Positions 31,128-41,564 of a stretch of 60,374 nt of DNA are shown here, piece after piece. Made by a program: the position numbers and the translations under genes. Position 1 is the stretch's first letter. Each line of letters starts with the position of its first letter. The notes beneath the pieces are model-generated. The model saw only the letters and a program-made list of their open reading frames with translations, ran no database searches and had not been told where the DNA came from. Origin of the DNA: Ginsengibacter sp. Lineage in GTDB: Bacteria; Bacteroidota; Bacteroidia; Chitinophagales; Chitinophagaceae. The stretch is from NCBI GenBank assembly GCA_040007325.1, contig JBDTVF010000001.1:1-60374 (forward strand). Direction: 5' to 3'.

Positions 31128-32693
31128 TTGATATCTTTTAAGGTATTTTTTAAAATTATCGTTATGATAATAGATGCTTATACAAAAATATTTAGATTTT
31201 TTATTCAAATTTGTGCAGTAATGTTTTTCTCTTTTCTTACTCTTTTTATTCTTTCACTAAATGGTTATTCCTTTTCTAGTGAAAATCTCGAAGAGGAAAA
31301 AATTGTTATCGATAAGCCATATAAAGGCTCTGGAAGTTCAATAATTCATATAACAGAGTTTGGAGCTATTGGTGACGGTATTTCCAATTGTACGAAAGCG
31401 TTCCAAAAAGCAGCAAAATATCTGCAATTAAATGGCGGCACCTTGATAATTGATTCTGGAGTTTATATTGTTGGCAAACAAAAATTATCAAGCGGTTACT
31501 GGGCAGGAAGTTCCTATTTCGCAGAGTCTATTCTCGAATTCAAACATGCAAATAAGCCTATTATAATTTTGGGGCAGAAGGCAACATTAAAGGCCAATGA
31601 TGGACTAAAATACGGATCTTTTAATCCGGTAACTGGGAAGAGAGATAGCCTGAGAAAAGAAGGTAATAAGAGCGATTATTATGCTTCGGCGTATACAATA
31701 ATTAATGCAGTGGGATGTGTTTCAATTTCTATTAGTGGACTTATTCTGGATGGAAATTCCGAAAAACTAGACGTAGGACCTTCCTTTGGAAAAGAAGGAA
31801 TTCAATTAGCCGCGACGGGAATTAGTTTATACAATAATAAAAAAGTAAGTATTACCGATTGCTACATTCACCATTGCGCCCTTGATGCCATTATAGTTGC
31901 ATGGGCAGGTCTAAAAAATACTGACCCAATTTATCTTCATACAATAAAAAATGTGATTGCAAAGTATAATGGCCGTCAAGGTTTATCTTGGGTTGGAGGA
32001 AACGATTTGACAGTAATTAATTCTGAGTTTTCATCTACAGGAAAGGCTTATAACAACAGCTTGCCAATCGTAAGTAAACCTTCGGCAGGAATTGATATTG
32101 AAATTGAAAATTCAATTATCAAAAATGGAAATTTTATTGGGTGTAAAATATATGATAACGTAGGACCTGGTTTGTCATCAATTGGCCACGATACTTATAA
32201 TATTAATTTTAAAAATTGCATTTTTATTGGTACCACTAGCAGTGCTGCCTACCCAAAGTCACAAAACTTTTCCTTTGACAGTTGTACTTTTGTAGGCAAA
32301 GTAGAAAGAATTTTTGGTTCGGCTGATAACTCCAAAGCAATTTCTTTCAAAAACTGTCTTTTTACCATGGATGAATCCAGATCGCCAAATGGTAAAGTAT
32401 ATGGAGAAACCTGGGAGTTTTATGAGGGACAAAATGTGGTATTTGACAATTGTGAATTTGACGCAGAAAATCGAAAACTACCAATTTTTAATAACAAGGA
32501 AATTGTATTTTTAAATTGTAGGTTCTCCCAAGATGGTGATGTAGATTTTTATGGTTCTGCATCTTTTAAAGGTACAACAAGATTTATAATGAAAGGAAAG
32601 GGTAAATTAAATATTTCAGAATCTGAATTTGAAGGACAAATTATTTATAACAACCAAGCAGCAAAGGACATTAAGAAAATCAAGATTGACTAA
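31128..32693 (+). CDS. Exported right-handed beta-helix (pectin-lyase fold) protein
   Basis: HITEFGAIGDGISNCTKAFQKA start motif, NGRQGLS, GIDIE, repeated F.NC.F coils; N-terminal hydrophobic anchor. Start uncertain. Confidence 0.75.
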   Translation: MISFKVFFKIIVMIIDAYTKIFRFFIQICAVMFFSFLTLFILSLNGYSFSSENLEEEKIVIDKPYKGSGSSIIHITEFGAIGDGISNCTKAFQKAAKYLQLNGGTLIIDSGVYIVGKQKLSSGYWAGSSYFAESILEFKHANKPIIILGQKATLKANDGLKYGSFNPVTGKRDSLRKEGNKSDYYASAYTIINAVGCVSISISGLILDGNSEKLDVGPSFGKEGIQLAATGISLYNNKKVSITDCYIHHCALDAIIVAWAGLKNTDPIYLHTIKNVIAKYNGRQGLSWVGGNDLTVINSEFSSTGKAYNNSLPIVSKPSAGIDIEIENSIIKNGNFIGCKIYDNVGPGLSSIGHDTYNINFKNCIFIGTTSSAAYPKSQNFSFDSCTFVGKVERIFGSADNSKAISFKNCLFTMDESRSPNGKVYGETWEFYEGQNVVFDNCEFDAENRKLPIFNNKEIVFLNCRFSQDGDVDFYGSASFKGTTRFIMKGKGKLNISESEFEGQIIYNNQAAKDIKKIKID

Positions 32694-32909
32694 GACTTTT
32701 TTTGACTTTTAAAGAAAGAGTTTTAAAAACATTTGTATCAATGTGAGGCATTTTGTTATAAGATTAAAAAAGGTGATCCAAATTTATATTTCAATATAAA
32801 AACAAAACTTGGTTTAAATTATACTTCCTGACAAATCTGAACAAGCATTAATTTGATAATGTCATTTAAATATATTTTTTTGGCATTTAATAAAAAATTA
32901 CAAGCCCAT

Positions 32910-34058
32910 TTGAAAATTTTACATTTAATCTACACGACAGGTGTAGCAGGCGCGGAAAAACACTTATTATATCTTTTACCTGCGCTTAAGAAGTTTGATG
33001 TTCATTGTGAACTTTTATTGATTTGCCCGAAAAGAAATATAGATGATCTGCGGCAATATTGTGAAGGATTGAATGAAAGGGGAATAATGACTACATTATT
33101 TCCGGTAAAATCCAGAATGTTTTATTTAACAGCCTCCAAAAAAATTTTTCGATATTTAAAATCATGTGGTATCGGAATTGTCCATTCGCATTTATTCAGC
33201 GCAGATTTTATAGCAGTTCTTATAAAAAAACTTTATTTCAGGGACGTAATTATTTTTTCAACAAAACATGGTTACGAAGAAAAATATTTAGTGCAATATG
33301 GACTCGGGAATAAAAAGGTTCGATATAATCTCTATTATTTCCTTTCTAAGGTAATAATTAAAATAACCGATCATAATGTTGCTGTATCACAGGCTCTTTC
33401 AGAAATGTATTATTTTCTAAAATTGAGCGCTACAAGGATGAAATATATTCATCATGGCATTTGCCTGAATGCATCTTCAGCACAGGCTGAGGTAAAAGGA
33501 GAACCTATAATCATTATAGTCGGTAGATTGTATACCATAAAAGGCCATAATTATCTTTTTCAAGCGCTTCCGGAAATAATTGAAAAATTTCCTGAATTAA
33601 AATTACTTGTGCTGGGTGAAGGACCTTTAAGAGATGAATTGATAAAACAGGCAACCGCTCTCAATGTGAATCACCATATCGAATTTGTGGGATTTGCCCC
33701 GCCGGCTAAATATATTCATAGATGTCAACTAATGGTGGTGCCTTCCTTGTTTGAATCGTTTGGATTAGTCTATATTGAATCTTTCGCATTGAAGATTCCT
33801 GTTGTTGCATTTGATGTTGAAGCTGGAAATCAAATTATCGAAAACAATAAAACAGGGATTTTAGTTCCAAGAGGAAATATTGATATGCTATCGAAGGCAA
33901 TAATCAGATTACTTCAGTCGCCCAATCAGAGAAAAATTATTGTAGAAAATGCTTATACAAAATACCTATCAAATTATACTGTGGAACGAATGGCAAAAGA
34001 GACTGCCGAATGGTATTTCTCTATTTTAAATGACAAACAATTTTCAAGGTCGTTCTGA
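32910..34058 (+). CDS. Glycosyltransferase family 4
   Basis: KILHLI...GAEKH, VHSHL, PSLFESFGLVYIES; probable TTG start at 32910. Confidence 0.9.
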   Translation: MKILHLIYTTGVAGAEKHLLYLLPALKKFDVHCELLLICPKRNIDDLRQYCEGLNERGIMTTLFPVKSRMFYLTASKKIFRYLKSCGIGIVHSHLFSADFIAVLIKKLYFRDVIIFSTKHGYEEKYLVQYGLGNKKVRYNLYYFLSKVIIKITDHNVAVSQALSEMYYFLKLSATRMKYIHHGICLNASSAQAEVKGEPIIIIVGRLYTIKGHNYLFQALPEIIEKFPELKLLVLGEGPLRDELIKQATALNVNHHIEFVGFAPPAKYIHRCQLMVVPSLFESFGLVYIESFALKIPVVAFDVEAGNQIIENNKTGILVPRGNIDMLSKAIIRLLQSPNQRKIIVENAYTKYLSNYTVERMAKETAEWYFSILNDKQFSRSF

Positions 34059-34259
34059 TAAATTCTGAATATCGTGACTTATCATAACTTTGACTATTTG
34101 TATACCTTGTATACCATAAAAGAATTTTAAATATGCTATTATCAAAATCTATTATTTTAGAAAAAACTTTAGATTATTGCAAGAATTAAATTGCTTAGCT
34201 CACCTACATAAATATATTACATCAAAAATGACTAAGGCTGTTTTTAAATAAATATCAAA

Positions 34260-35045
34260 ATGAAGACTGAACAGATAAGAGACTTAGCAATAAAGCGACA
34301 TAATATTGACGCGAATCATTTCCAGGATACTTACCGTGGTTTAAACAATTCAAGAAAATCAAAAGTTTTTTTATACGGACGAAATATGGTTCTTGAGGAA
34401 CTAGATGCATTACTTAAAAAAATACCAGTAGGAAGTAAAATATTAGATATTGGTTGTGGCACCGCACATTTGACCAATTGGATAAAAGAAAAGGGTTTTC
34501 AAGTTTATGGATTAGAACCCTCAAAAAATATGTATAACTACGCGATTCAAAACTTTCCAGATATTGAAATTAAAAAAGGAATATCTTCAGAATTACCATA
34601 TCCAGAAAATTTTTTTGATATGATTGTTGCTTTTGAGGTATTAAGATATTTGGACAAAAGCGAAAATATTGCGACGTATAAGGAAATATATCGAGTATTA
34701 AAACCTAAGGGATGCTTTTTTGTTACTCAAGTGAATTTATTTTCAACGGATTTTTATTTTATTTTTCATAAGCTAAAAGGTGCTTATTGCAATTTCCTAA
34801 ATAAAACACATCATCACTGCAATTTTACAACTCCGTCGATGCAAGAAAAAATCGTAAAAAAAGTGGGTTTCTCAGATGTAACAACAATCGGTAGAATGTC
34901 TGGCAGTATTAGGTTTTTCTACAAATTCGGAAACAGGGTTGGAGATTTGTATAGGAAGTTTTTTTCTAAAATAACAAAGCAGCGTTTTACTAAAGCCTCT
35001 AATAAAGTATTTGCCGGTCACTTATTGGTTGTGGGAACAAAATAA
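34260..35045 (+). CDS. Class I SAM-dependent methyltransferase
   Basis: ILDIGCGTA, LPYPENFFD, RVLKPKG. Confidence 0.88.
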   Translation: MKTEQIRDLAIKRHNIDANHFQDTYRGLNNSRKSKVFLYGRNMVLEELDALLKKIPVGSKILDIGCGTAHLTNWIKEKGFQVYGLEPSKNMYNYAIQNFPDIEIKKGISSELPYPENFFDMIVAFEVLRYLDKSENIATYKEIYRVLKPKGCFFVTQVNLFSTDFYFIFHKLKGAYCNFLNKTHHHCNFTTPSMQEKIVKKVGFSDVTTIGRMSGSIRFFYKFGNRVGDLYRKFFSKITKQRFTKASNKVFAGHLLVVGTK

Positions 35046-35055
35046 TCAGGTTACC

Positions 35056-35976
35056 TTATGAACGATTGAGAATCTTATCTTTTTTTCCTACCGCGTGATA
35101 GAAAGGAGCACCATCGCTGAAAATTATATTTGTTAATCCACAATTTAGCATCATTATTTCAATCTCTTTTTTTGAAAATCTGTGCTCAAGCCTGGTACCA
35201 AAACGATCAAGCGCATCATTCCTCACAATAAAAAAGGACTTATTATAGTAAGTACCTAAAGGCATGCGGCTTGCTAACTTAGTGTAACCAATAAAAATGA
35301 GAAATCTTACTAATAATATTAAAGGCATATAAAAAACTACCGCAAAAATATCGCAAGTTAATTTCTTCAATTTTCCCGGAAACCGGCTAACAATACTTCT
35401 TATTAGATCAACCACCTTGAATAATGCTTTAAAAAAATGTCCCTTTTTGTCTAAGTTATAATATAGGTAAATATAAAAATATCCACCTCTTTTTACCTTT
35501 TTTACACAATCTATCATTGCCTGTTGAGTATCGGGTATGTGATGAAGCACTCCAATACTCATGGCAAAATCAAAAGTGTCATCTGGGAATGGAAGTGTTT
35601 CAATGGAAGCCTTACTTAATCGAACATTTTTTATTTTACCTAATAATTTACTCGCCGCAAAAATCGCATTGCTGGGATCAACGGCTTCTATAAATCCTGC
35701 TTTAGAAGAAAGATATTTTGACCAACGGCCGGTACCGCAACCAATATCTAGAACATAGGAATTCTTAGTAATCATTTGTGCATTAATAATATCAAAATAT
35801 TCTTCAGCAGACTCCCGGATTTGCTTGTCGGTGAAATCGCTAAACTTTAGCCATTCCTCTCCAAATTCATCTACCACTTTTGTATCAATATTTTCCCCAT
35901 CAACACTGAACACATGTACTTCCTCATTTTTCGTTTGAATGATCTCATAAGGTTCTTTAGTATAAGCAGACTTCAT
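35056..35976 (-). CDS. Class I SAM-dependent methyltransferase (opposite orientation to the locus)
   Basis: FGEEW, VLDIGCGTGRW, SIGVLHHIPD. Confidence 0.88.
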   Translation of the reverse strand: MKSAYTKEPYEIIQTKNEEVHVFSVDGENIDTKVVDEFGEEWLKFSDFTDKQIRESAEEYFDIINAQMITKNSYVLDIGCGTGRWSKYLSSKAGFIEAVDPSNAIFAASKLLGKIKNVRLSKASIETLPFPDDTFDFAMSIGVLHHIPDTQQAMIDCVKKVKRGGYFYIYLYYNLDKKGHFFKALFKVVDLIRSIVSRFPGKLKKLTCDIFAVVFYMPLILLVRFLIFIGYTKLASRMPLGTYYNKSFFIVRNDALDRFGTRLEHRFSKKEIEIMMLNCGLTNIIFSDGAPFYHAVGKKDKILNRS

Positions 35977-36346
35977 ATTTCTTTAAAATATTTATTGCGG
36001 CGCAATATAAGGGCAATAAGATGGTTCATAATAATTTAATTTGTTATTTATTGGCAAAATTGGTAGTAATTCTATGCGGCTTTATAATATAGATGGCGTA
36101 CTAAACGAACTTGTAATATCACCACATTAAATTCTCAATTTAAGTTTCACCAAAATATTTGAGATTATTTACTTAATAATATCACAATCTTCTGAGAAAA
36201 AATTCGTTACCTACTTAGAACGAGAATTCTTACACACATGAACCCTAAACCTTATCATCTGCAGATTTCTGCGAAAAGGCAGTTATTCAGCTTCCTTCAG
36301 AAGCATTTGATCATTCCAGGATTTCACACACCTCAAACCTGCGGAA

Positions 36347-37168
36347 ATGATTGAATACGAAATAAAATCAGAAAGTAAATTTTCAATAGGGTTACAGGAA
36401 CTATGGCGTTACCGCGAGTTGTTTTATTTCTTTACCTGGAGAGATATAAAGGTAAAATATAAGCAAGCTGCGTTGGGAATACTATGGGCAATTTTGCAGC
36501 CTTTGGTTATGATGATCGTTTTCACTATCATCTTCAGCCGGGCGTTAAATGTGGGCAGCGAAGGCATACCATACCCAATCTTCGCCATCAGCGGCTTACT
36601 TATTTGGAACATATTCAGCAATGGTTTGCTCAACAGTGCGAATAGTATGATTACAAATGCCAATATCATAAAGAAGATTTATTTCCCTCGCCTGATTATT
36701 CCCATTAGTGCTATTTTAACTGCCTTAGTCGACTTTTTGTTTGCCCTAATTATTTATGCAATTGTTCTGATTTATTATAAACAGGAGGTTAGCATTATTA
36801 AGTTAGTACTATACCTGCCTTTAGGTATCCTTATTACACTTATGACCACTTTTGGGCTGGGCACATGCCTGGCAGCGCTTAACGTTAAGTACAGGGATTT
36901 TCAATACCTACTTCCTTTTATGATACAATTTTTATTGTTTGTAAATCCGGTATTGTATTCTTCAAAAGCATTTTCAAGTCCTGTGGTAAATGGGTTCATG
37001 AAAGCTAATCCGATCGCAGCGTCTATTCAACTTTGTAGAAGCATTTTTACGGGGGGTAGTGTTGATTGGCAGAGCGTGATGTTTGGGGCGATAGTTGCCG
37101 TTCTGTTGCTATTAATCGGTGTATACACCTTTAGAAAAACCGAAACTTACTTTGCTGACCTCGCATAA
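36347..37168 (+). CDS. wzm: ABC-2 polysaccharide exporter permease
   Basis: RDIKVKYKQAALGILWAILQP, KKIYFPR, VKYRDF, C-terminal FADL. Confidence 0.92.
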   Translation: MIEYEIKSESKFSIGLQELWRYRELFYFFTWRDIKVKYKQAALGILWAILQPLVMMIVFTIIFSRALNVGSEGIPYPIFAISGLLIWNIFSNGLLNSANSMITNANIIKKIYFPRLIIPISAILTALVDFLFALIIYAIVLIYYKQEVSIIKLVLYLPLGILITLMTTFGLGTCLAALNVKYRDFQYLLPFMIQFLLFVNPVLYSSKAFSSPVVNGFMKANPIAASIQLCRSIFTGGSVDWQSVMFGAIVAVLLLLIGVYTFRKTETYFADLA

Positions 37169-37170
37169 TT

Positions 37171-38358
37171 ATGAAACCGATATTAGAAGTCCAACATATA
37201 ACCAAGCAATTTAAAATTGGAAGTAAGCAGGAGAGGTATCTCTCTTTGAGAGATGTCGTTGCGAATCCATTCAGCAAAAAAAAGAATAATCACAAAACCT
37301 TTTTGGCATTGGATGATGTAAGCTTTGGAGTGTATCCTGGCGAAAGTATTGGAATAATCGGGAGAAATGGCGCCGGCAAAAGCACACTATTAAAAATTCT
37401 TAGCAGGATAACACCACCAACGAGCGGTAAAATAATTTGTCGCGGACGCGTAGCAAGTTTATTAGAAGTCGGTACAGGTTTTCATCCTGAATTAACAGGC
37501 CGGGAAAATATTTATATGAATGGCAGCATACTGGGTATGCGAAAATTTGAGATAGATAAACACTTTGATAGCATTGTAGATTTCAGTGGTGTTGAAAAAT
37601 TTATTGATACCCCGTTAAAACATTTCAGCAGCGGTATGCAACTCCGACTGGCGTTTGCTGTTGCAGCTTTTCTTGAGCCAGAAATTTTGGTGATTGATGA
37701 AGTTCTTGCTGTTGGTGATGCGGAATTTCAAAAGAAATGTTTAGGGAAAATGGATGAGGTAAGTAAGAGCGGAAGAACAGTATTGTTTGTAAGTCACAAC
37801 ATGGGGGTTATAGCAGAACTCTGCAGGAAAGGCATTATATTAAATCAGGGTAAATTATTAATCCAGGATAATGTTGACATCGTTCTTGATAAGTACAACA
37901 CTTTTTTATCTTCTTCACTGGCATCATATCAAAATGACTTTTCAGGGTACGATGAACCGATATGCATTAGTTCAGTTACGATGGAAAGCAGGAGCGGGAA
38001 TAATATTTTTTCTTTTGAGGAAGATATTGCCGTTGAAATAAAAATAGATATTAAAAGCGGTTTTTTTGAAGGTATTAACCTGGGGGTTGCACTCCTGGAC
38101 AAATGGAAGAGAAAAGTTTTTACATCACATAACAAAATAAAAAACCCGCATAAGAATGAGTATAATTTAATAATACCGAAGGAAGTTTTTCTTACGGGCG
38201 GTTATTCATTGGACGTAAGTTTGTTTGTGCCACAAGGCAAGGTTTTTCAATACTTAAAAGACATTTGCCCGTTTGACGTTTCAGACTTTACTTCCGAAAT
38301 GTCTCAATATGCAAATGCCGATACGGGAATAATAAACTTGCCTTGCAGATGGGAATAA
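37171..38358 (+). CDS. wzt: Polysaccharide ABC exporter ATPase with C-terminal Wzt-C domain
   Basis: GRNGAGKST, FSSGMQLRLAF, IDEVLAVGDAEFQKKC; ~140-aa C-terminal extension. Confidence 0.92.
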   Translation: MKPILEVQHITKQFKIGSKQERYLSLRDVVANPFSKKKNNHKTFLALDDVSFGVYPGESIGIIGRNGAGKSTLLKILSRITPPTSGKIICRGRVASLLEVGTGFHPELTGRENIYMNGSILGMRKFEIDKHFDSIVDFSGVEKFIDTPLKHFSSGMQLRLAFAVAAFLEPEILVIDEVLAVGDAEFQKKCLGKMDEVSKSGRTVLFVSHNMGVIAELCRKGIILNQGKLLIQDNVDIVLDKYNTFLSSSLASYQNDFSGYDEPICISSVTMESRSGNNIFSFEEDIAVEIKIDIKSGFFEGINLGVALLDKWKRKVFTSHNKIKNPHKNEYNLIIPKEVFLTGGYSLDVSLFVPQGKVFQYLKDICPFDVSDFTSEMSQYANADTGIINLPCRWE

Positions 38359-38975
38359 AAAGAATTATAAAGAAGGCGGGTACCGCATTGAGGATAAACA
38401 GAGGTGATCGCTTACCTACCGGGCATTATAGACTGCACGGCACCGCAGAAGTAAAAAATTCAACTATTGGCAATTACACATATATTTCAACAGGAACACT
38501 TATTCAATCTGCAGACATAGGAAAATTTTGTTCCATAGGCCCATATACCGTCATTGGTTATGGCAACCACCCACTAGATTTTATTTCGACTTCCCCCATG
38601 TTCTATCATACCGGGGTAATATTTGAAAGAACGTTTGCAGTTAATGAAGCGTTTGAGACTTATGAAAGAGTGATGATAGGCAATGATGTTTGGATTGGCT
38701 CAACTGTTTACATCAGGAATGGTATTTCAATAGGAGATGGCAGTGTTATAGCCGCAGGGGCTGTAGTAACTAAAGATGTGCCTCCCTATGCAATAGTTGG
38801 TGGTGTGCCGGCAAAGCTAATAAAGTACCGGTTTCCCGAAGCTGTTATCACTAAGCTGCTCAACATTAAATGGTGGAATTGGAGCAATGAAGAACTTCAG
38901 GAAAAACAAAAGCATTTTATCACAAATGATATTATTGCAATTGAAAATTTCATAAACGAATGTAATGCGCTCTGA
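38349..38975 (+). CDS. Hexapeptide-repeat O-acetyltransferase (CatB/Vat-related fold)
   Basis: IGKFCSIG, IGNDVWIG, VTKDVPPYAIVGGVPAK, WWNW; ATG 38349 or TTG 38343. Confidence 0.88.
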   Translation: MGIKRIIKKAGTALRINRGDRLPTGHYRLHGTAEVKNSTIGNYTYISTGTLIQSADIGKFCSIGPYTVIGYGNHPLDFISTSPMFYHTGVIFERTFAVNEAFETYERVMIGNDVWIGSTVYIRNGISIGDGSVIAAGAVVTKDVPPYAIVGGVPAKLIKYRFPEAVITKLLNIKWWNWSNEELQEKQKHFITNDIIAIENFINECNAL

Positions 38976-39681
38976 AAATTTATCACGGTTATCTGATACG
39001 AAGGTTACTAAATCCAGTACTTACTATTTGCATTACAAATCTTTTCATGCCTCTTTGTTTTCTTCTTTATCTCAATTTGCAAAAGGAAGGCTTTTAGACA
39101 TTGGATGCGGAAACAAACCTTATGAAAAAATAGTAGCGGAAAAAATCACGGAATATATTGGTTGCGATATCATTCAGTCTGATTTAAATAAAGTTGATGT
39201 TTTATCAGTTGCTGATGCTATTCCCCTGGGCTCAGAAACTTTTGATACTGTAATTTCTACTCAAACTATTGAGCATGTCGAGAATCACCAGGGCCTGGTT
39301 AATGAAGCATTTCGTTTGCTAAAGCCAGATGGTTATTTTATTGTTTCGGGCCCCATGTACTGGCATTTGCACGAGGAGCCGTATGATTTTTTTCGGTTTA
39401 CGAAATACGGATTTACTTATGTTTTTGAAAAAGCAGGTTTTGAGGTAGTTGAAGTAGTATCAAATGGAGGTGCATGGGCAACAGCAGGACAAACATTGAT
39501 TCATTCTTTTTCGCACAGTACCAGTAAGAATATTTTCATTCATGGTTCACGTTTCTTATTTCACAGGCTTCGTCTATACTGGCTGGTTAATTCTTTTTTT
39601 TCCTGGCTGGATAGGGTTGACTACAACCCGATAAACACAATGAATTATGTGGTTATTGGAAAAAAGCCCATAAATAATTAG
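38965..39681 (+). CDS. Class I SAM-dependent methyltransferase
   Basis: LLDIGCGNKPY, TQTIEHV, LHEEPYDFFRFT. Confidence 0.88.
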   Translation: MRSENLSRLSDTKVTKSSTYYLHYKSFHASLFSSLSQFAKGRLLDIGCGNKPYEKIVAEKITEYIGCDIIQSDLNKVDVLSVADAIPLGSETFDTVISTQTIEHVENHQGLVNEAFRLLKPDGYFIVSGPMYWHLHEEPYDFFRFTKYGFTYVFEKAGFEVVEVVSNGGAWATAGQTLIHSFSHSTSKNIFIHGSRFLFHRLRLYWLVNSFFSWLDRVDYNPINTMNYVVIGKKPINN

Positions 39682-39687
39682 AAAATT

Positions 39688-40521
39688 ATGCTGCCTAAGA
39701 TCTCTATAATTATTCCTTGTTACAACCACGGCAAATTCATAAAGGAAGCAGTACGCAGTGTGGAAACTTGTACTGAGAAAGATTTGTATGAGATTATCAT
39801 TTTAAACGATGGCTCAACAGATGAATATACGATTGAACAATTAAAGAAACTATCTACAGAGGGATATCATGTAATTAACCAGGAAAATAAAGGTCTTGGA
39901 GCAGCAAGAAATAATGCGATTAAAAGAGCAAGAGGAGAATATATTCTGCCATTGGATAGCGATAACGAAATACGGCCAGAATATATTTATGAAAGCATAA
40001 AGATCCTGGACAAACAGGATCACATTGCCGTAGTTTATAGCGACGCAATCAGTTTTGGTGAAAGTTCTAAAAGAATTGTTGCCGGAGAATTCAATTTGCA
40101 AAAATTAATGATCGGAAATTATATTGATGCCTGCGCAGTATATAGAAGATCAGTGTGGGAGAATGTTGGCGGCTATGACGAAAACATGCCAGTTATGGGA
40201 ATGGAAGATTGGGATTTTTGGTTAAACATTTCGTTACAGGGGTATGAATTTCATTATATACCCGAAATGTTTTTTGAATATAGAGTGGCTCCAAATTCAA
40301 TGATCACTTCATTGCACTCGGACAAAGCCATAATACTAGAGGCTTACATGCAGAAGAAGTATAAAAAATATTTAAACAGACATTATATTAATGAAGCCTT
40401 AATAAAACAAGGCAGAGCTAATAAAAAATTGGCGTACAAATTTTTCATCGCACTATATTTTCCTGCCATGCTTCATTTTTTGACTAAAAATAAATTGATA
40501 AAAAATCCGGAAATTTTTTAA
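39688..40521 (+). CDS. Glycosyltransferase family 2
   Basis: ISIIIPCYN, NDGSTD, LPLDSD, EDWDFW. Confidence 0.9.
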   Translation: MLPKISIIIPCYNHGKFIKEAVRSVETCTEKDLYEIIILNDGSTDEYTIEQLKKLSTEGYHVINQENKGLGAARNNAIKRARGEYILPLDSDNEIRPEYIYESIKILDKQDHIAVVYSDAISFGESSKRIVAGEFNLQKLMIGNYIDACAVYRRSVWENVGGYDENMPVMGMEDWDFWLNISLQGYEFHYIPEMFFEYRVAPNSMITSLHSDKAIILEAYMQKKYKKYLNRHYINEALIKQGRANKKLAYKFFIALYFPAMLHFLTKNKLIKNPEIF

Positions 40522-40549
40522 CCCGGATAACGCAACAATAAGCTACAAA

Positions 40550-41527
40550 GTGTTAAGTATTATTATCTGCCATAGAAATGAAAGCCTGCTTCAATCTTTA
40601 AAAAAAAGTATTGAAGAAACAATCGGATTGCCGTATGAGCTTATCATCATTGATAACAGGAATAATAATTACACCATTTTATCTGCATATAATGAAGGAG
40701 TGAGAAAATCAAAATATGATATTGTTTGTTTTGCTCATGAAGATATTTTGTTTCATACCAGTAATTGGGGGCAAAAGGTGATTACACATTTTAATGAAGC
40801 AGAGGTTGGAATGATCGGCGTAATAGGTGGGATGGCGCAGTCAGTGGTTCCATCGGCATGGTGGTTTAATAGTTATTTTTCGAGAAGTGCACGCAACTTG
40901 CTCTTGAGGGACCGAAATAAAAAGGATAAAAATCTATACCGGTATTACAGCAATCCTCTTTCGGATGAAGGCAAAACAGAAGTCGTTATTTTGGACGGAC
41001 TGTGGTTGTGTATAAGGAAGCAATTGTTTGAAAAAATTTCTTTTGATGAAAAAACATTTTCAGGGTTTCATTTATACGATGCCGATATAAGCATGCAGGT
41101 ACTTCAATATTCTAAAAGTTATGTTGTATATGACATCCTGATAGAACACATGTGGGACGGTAATATCACGCAGGATTTTTATAAGGACTTACTTCGTTTT
41201 ACCCACAAGTGGAACAAACAATTACCGGTTCGAAATTCGAAAACTGATTCTAACTATTTCAGAAATTATAACTGGCATGCACTCCGCAATTTGATCCTGG
41301 AAATGCGATCGGCAAATATTTCGAAAGAAGAAATCCGGAAAGTGCGTAAGCAATATTATCCTGTAGCGAAACAAGAATTCGATTCGCTGTGGTTCAGAAA
41401 TTATTTCTTTATATCTGATCTGATAGGGTACAGGTATGCCAATTCTTTATTCTACAGAATAGAAAAAGCAATCGGCTTTTGCAAATTGCCGGATCACGTT
41501 AAGGCAGTATACGACCAGGCTGCATAA
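40550..41527 (+). CDS. GT2-like glycosyltransferase
   Basis: LSIIIC, AYNEG, FAHEDI, LDGLW, FHLYDADIS. Confidence 0.8.
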   Translation: MLSIIICHRNESLLQSLKKSIEETIGLPYELIIIDNRNNNYTILSAYNEGVRKSKYDIVCFAHEDILFHTSNWGQKVITHFNEAEVGMIGVIGGMAQSVVPSAWWFNSYFSRSARNLLLRDRNKKDKNLYRYYSNPLSDEGKTEVVILDGLWLCIRKQLFEKISFDEKTFSGFHLYDADISMQVLQYSKSYVVYDILIEHMWDGNITQDFYKDLLRFTHKWNKQLPVRNSKTDSNYFRNYNWHALRNLILEMRSANISKEEIRKVRKQYYPVAKQEFDSLWFRNYFFISDLIGYRYANSLFYRIEKAIGFCKLPDHVKAVYDQAA

Positions 41528-41564
41528 ACCGTTAAACAATTGAGTAAACTCAGTAAAATATCTT

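Noticed and set aside
38349-38975. Possible catB/vat antibiotic-resistance gene
   Set aside because: It overlaps wzt and a methyltransferase gene within a glycan operon and has no mobile context, so a sugar O-acetyltransferase is more parsimonious.
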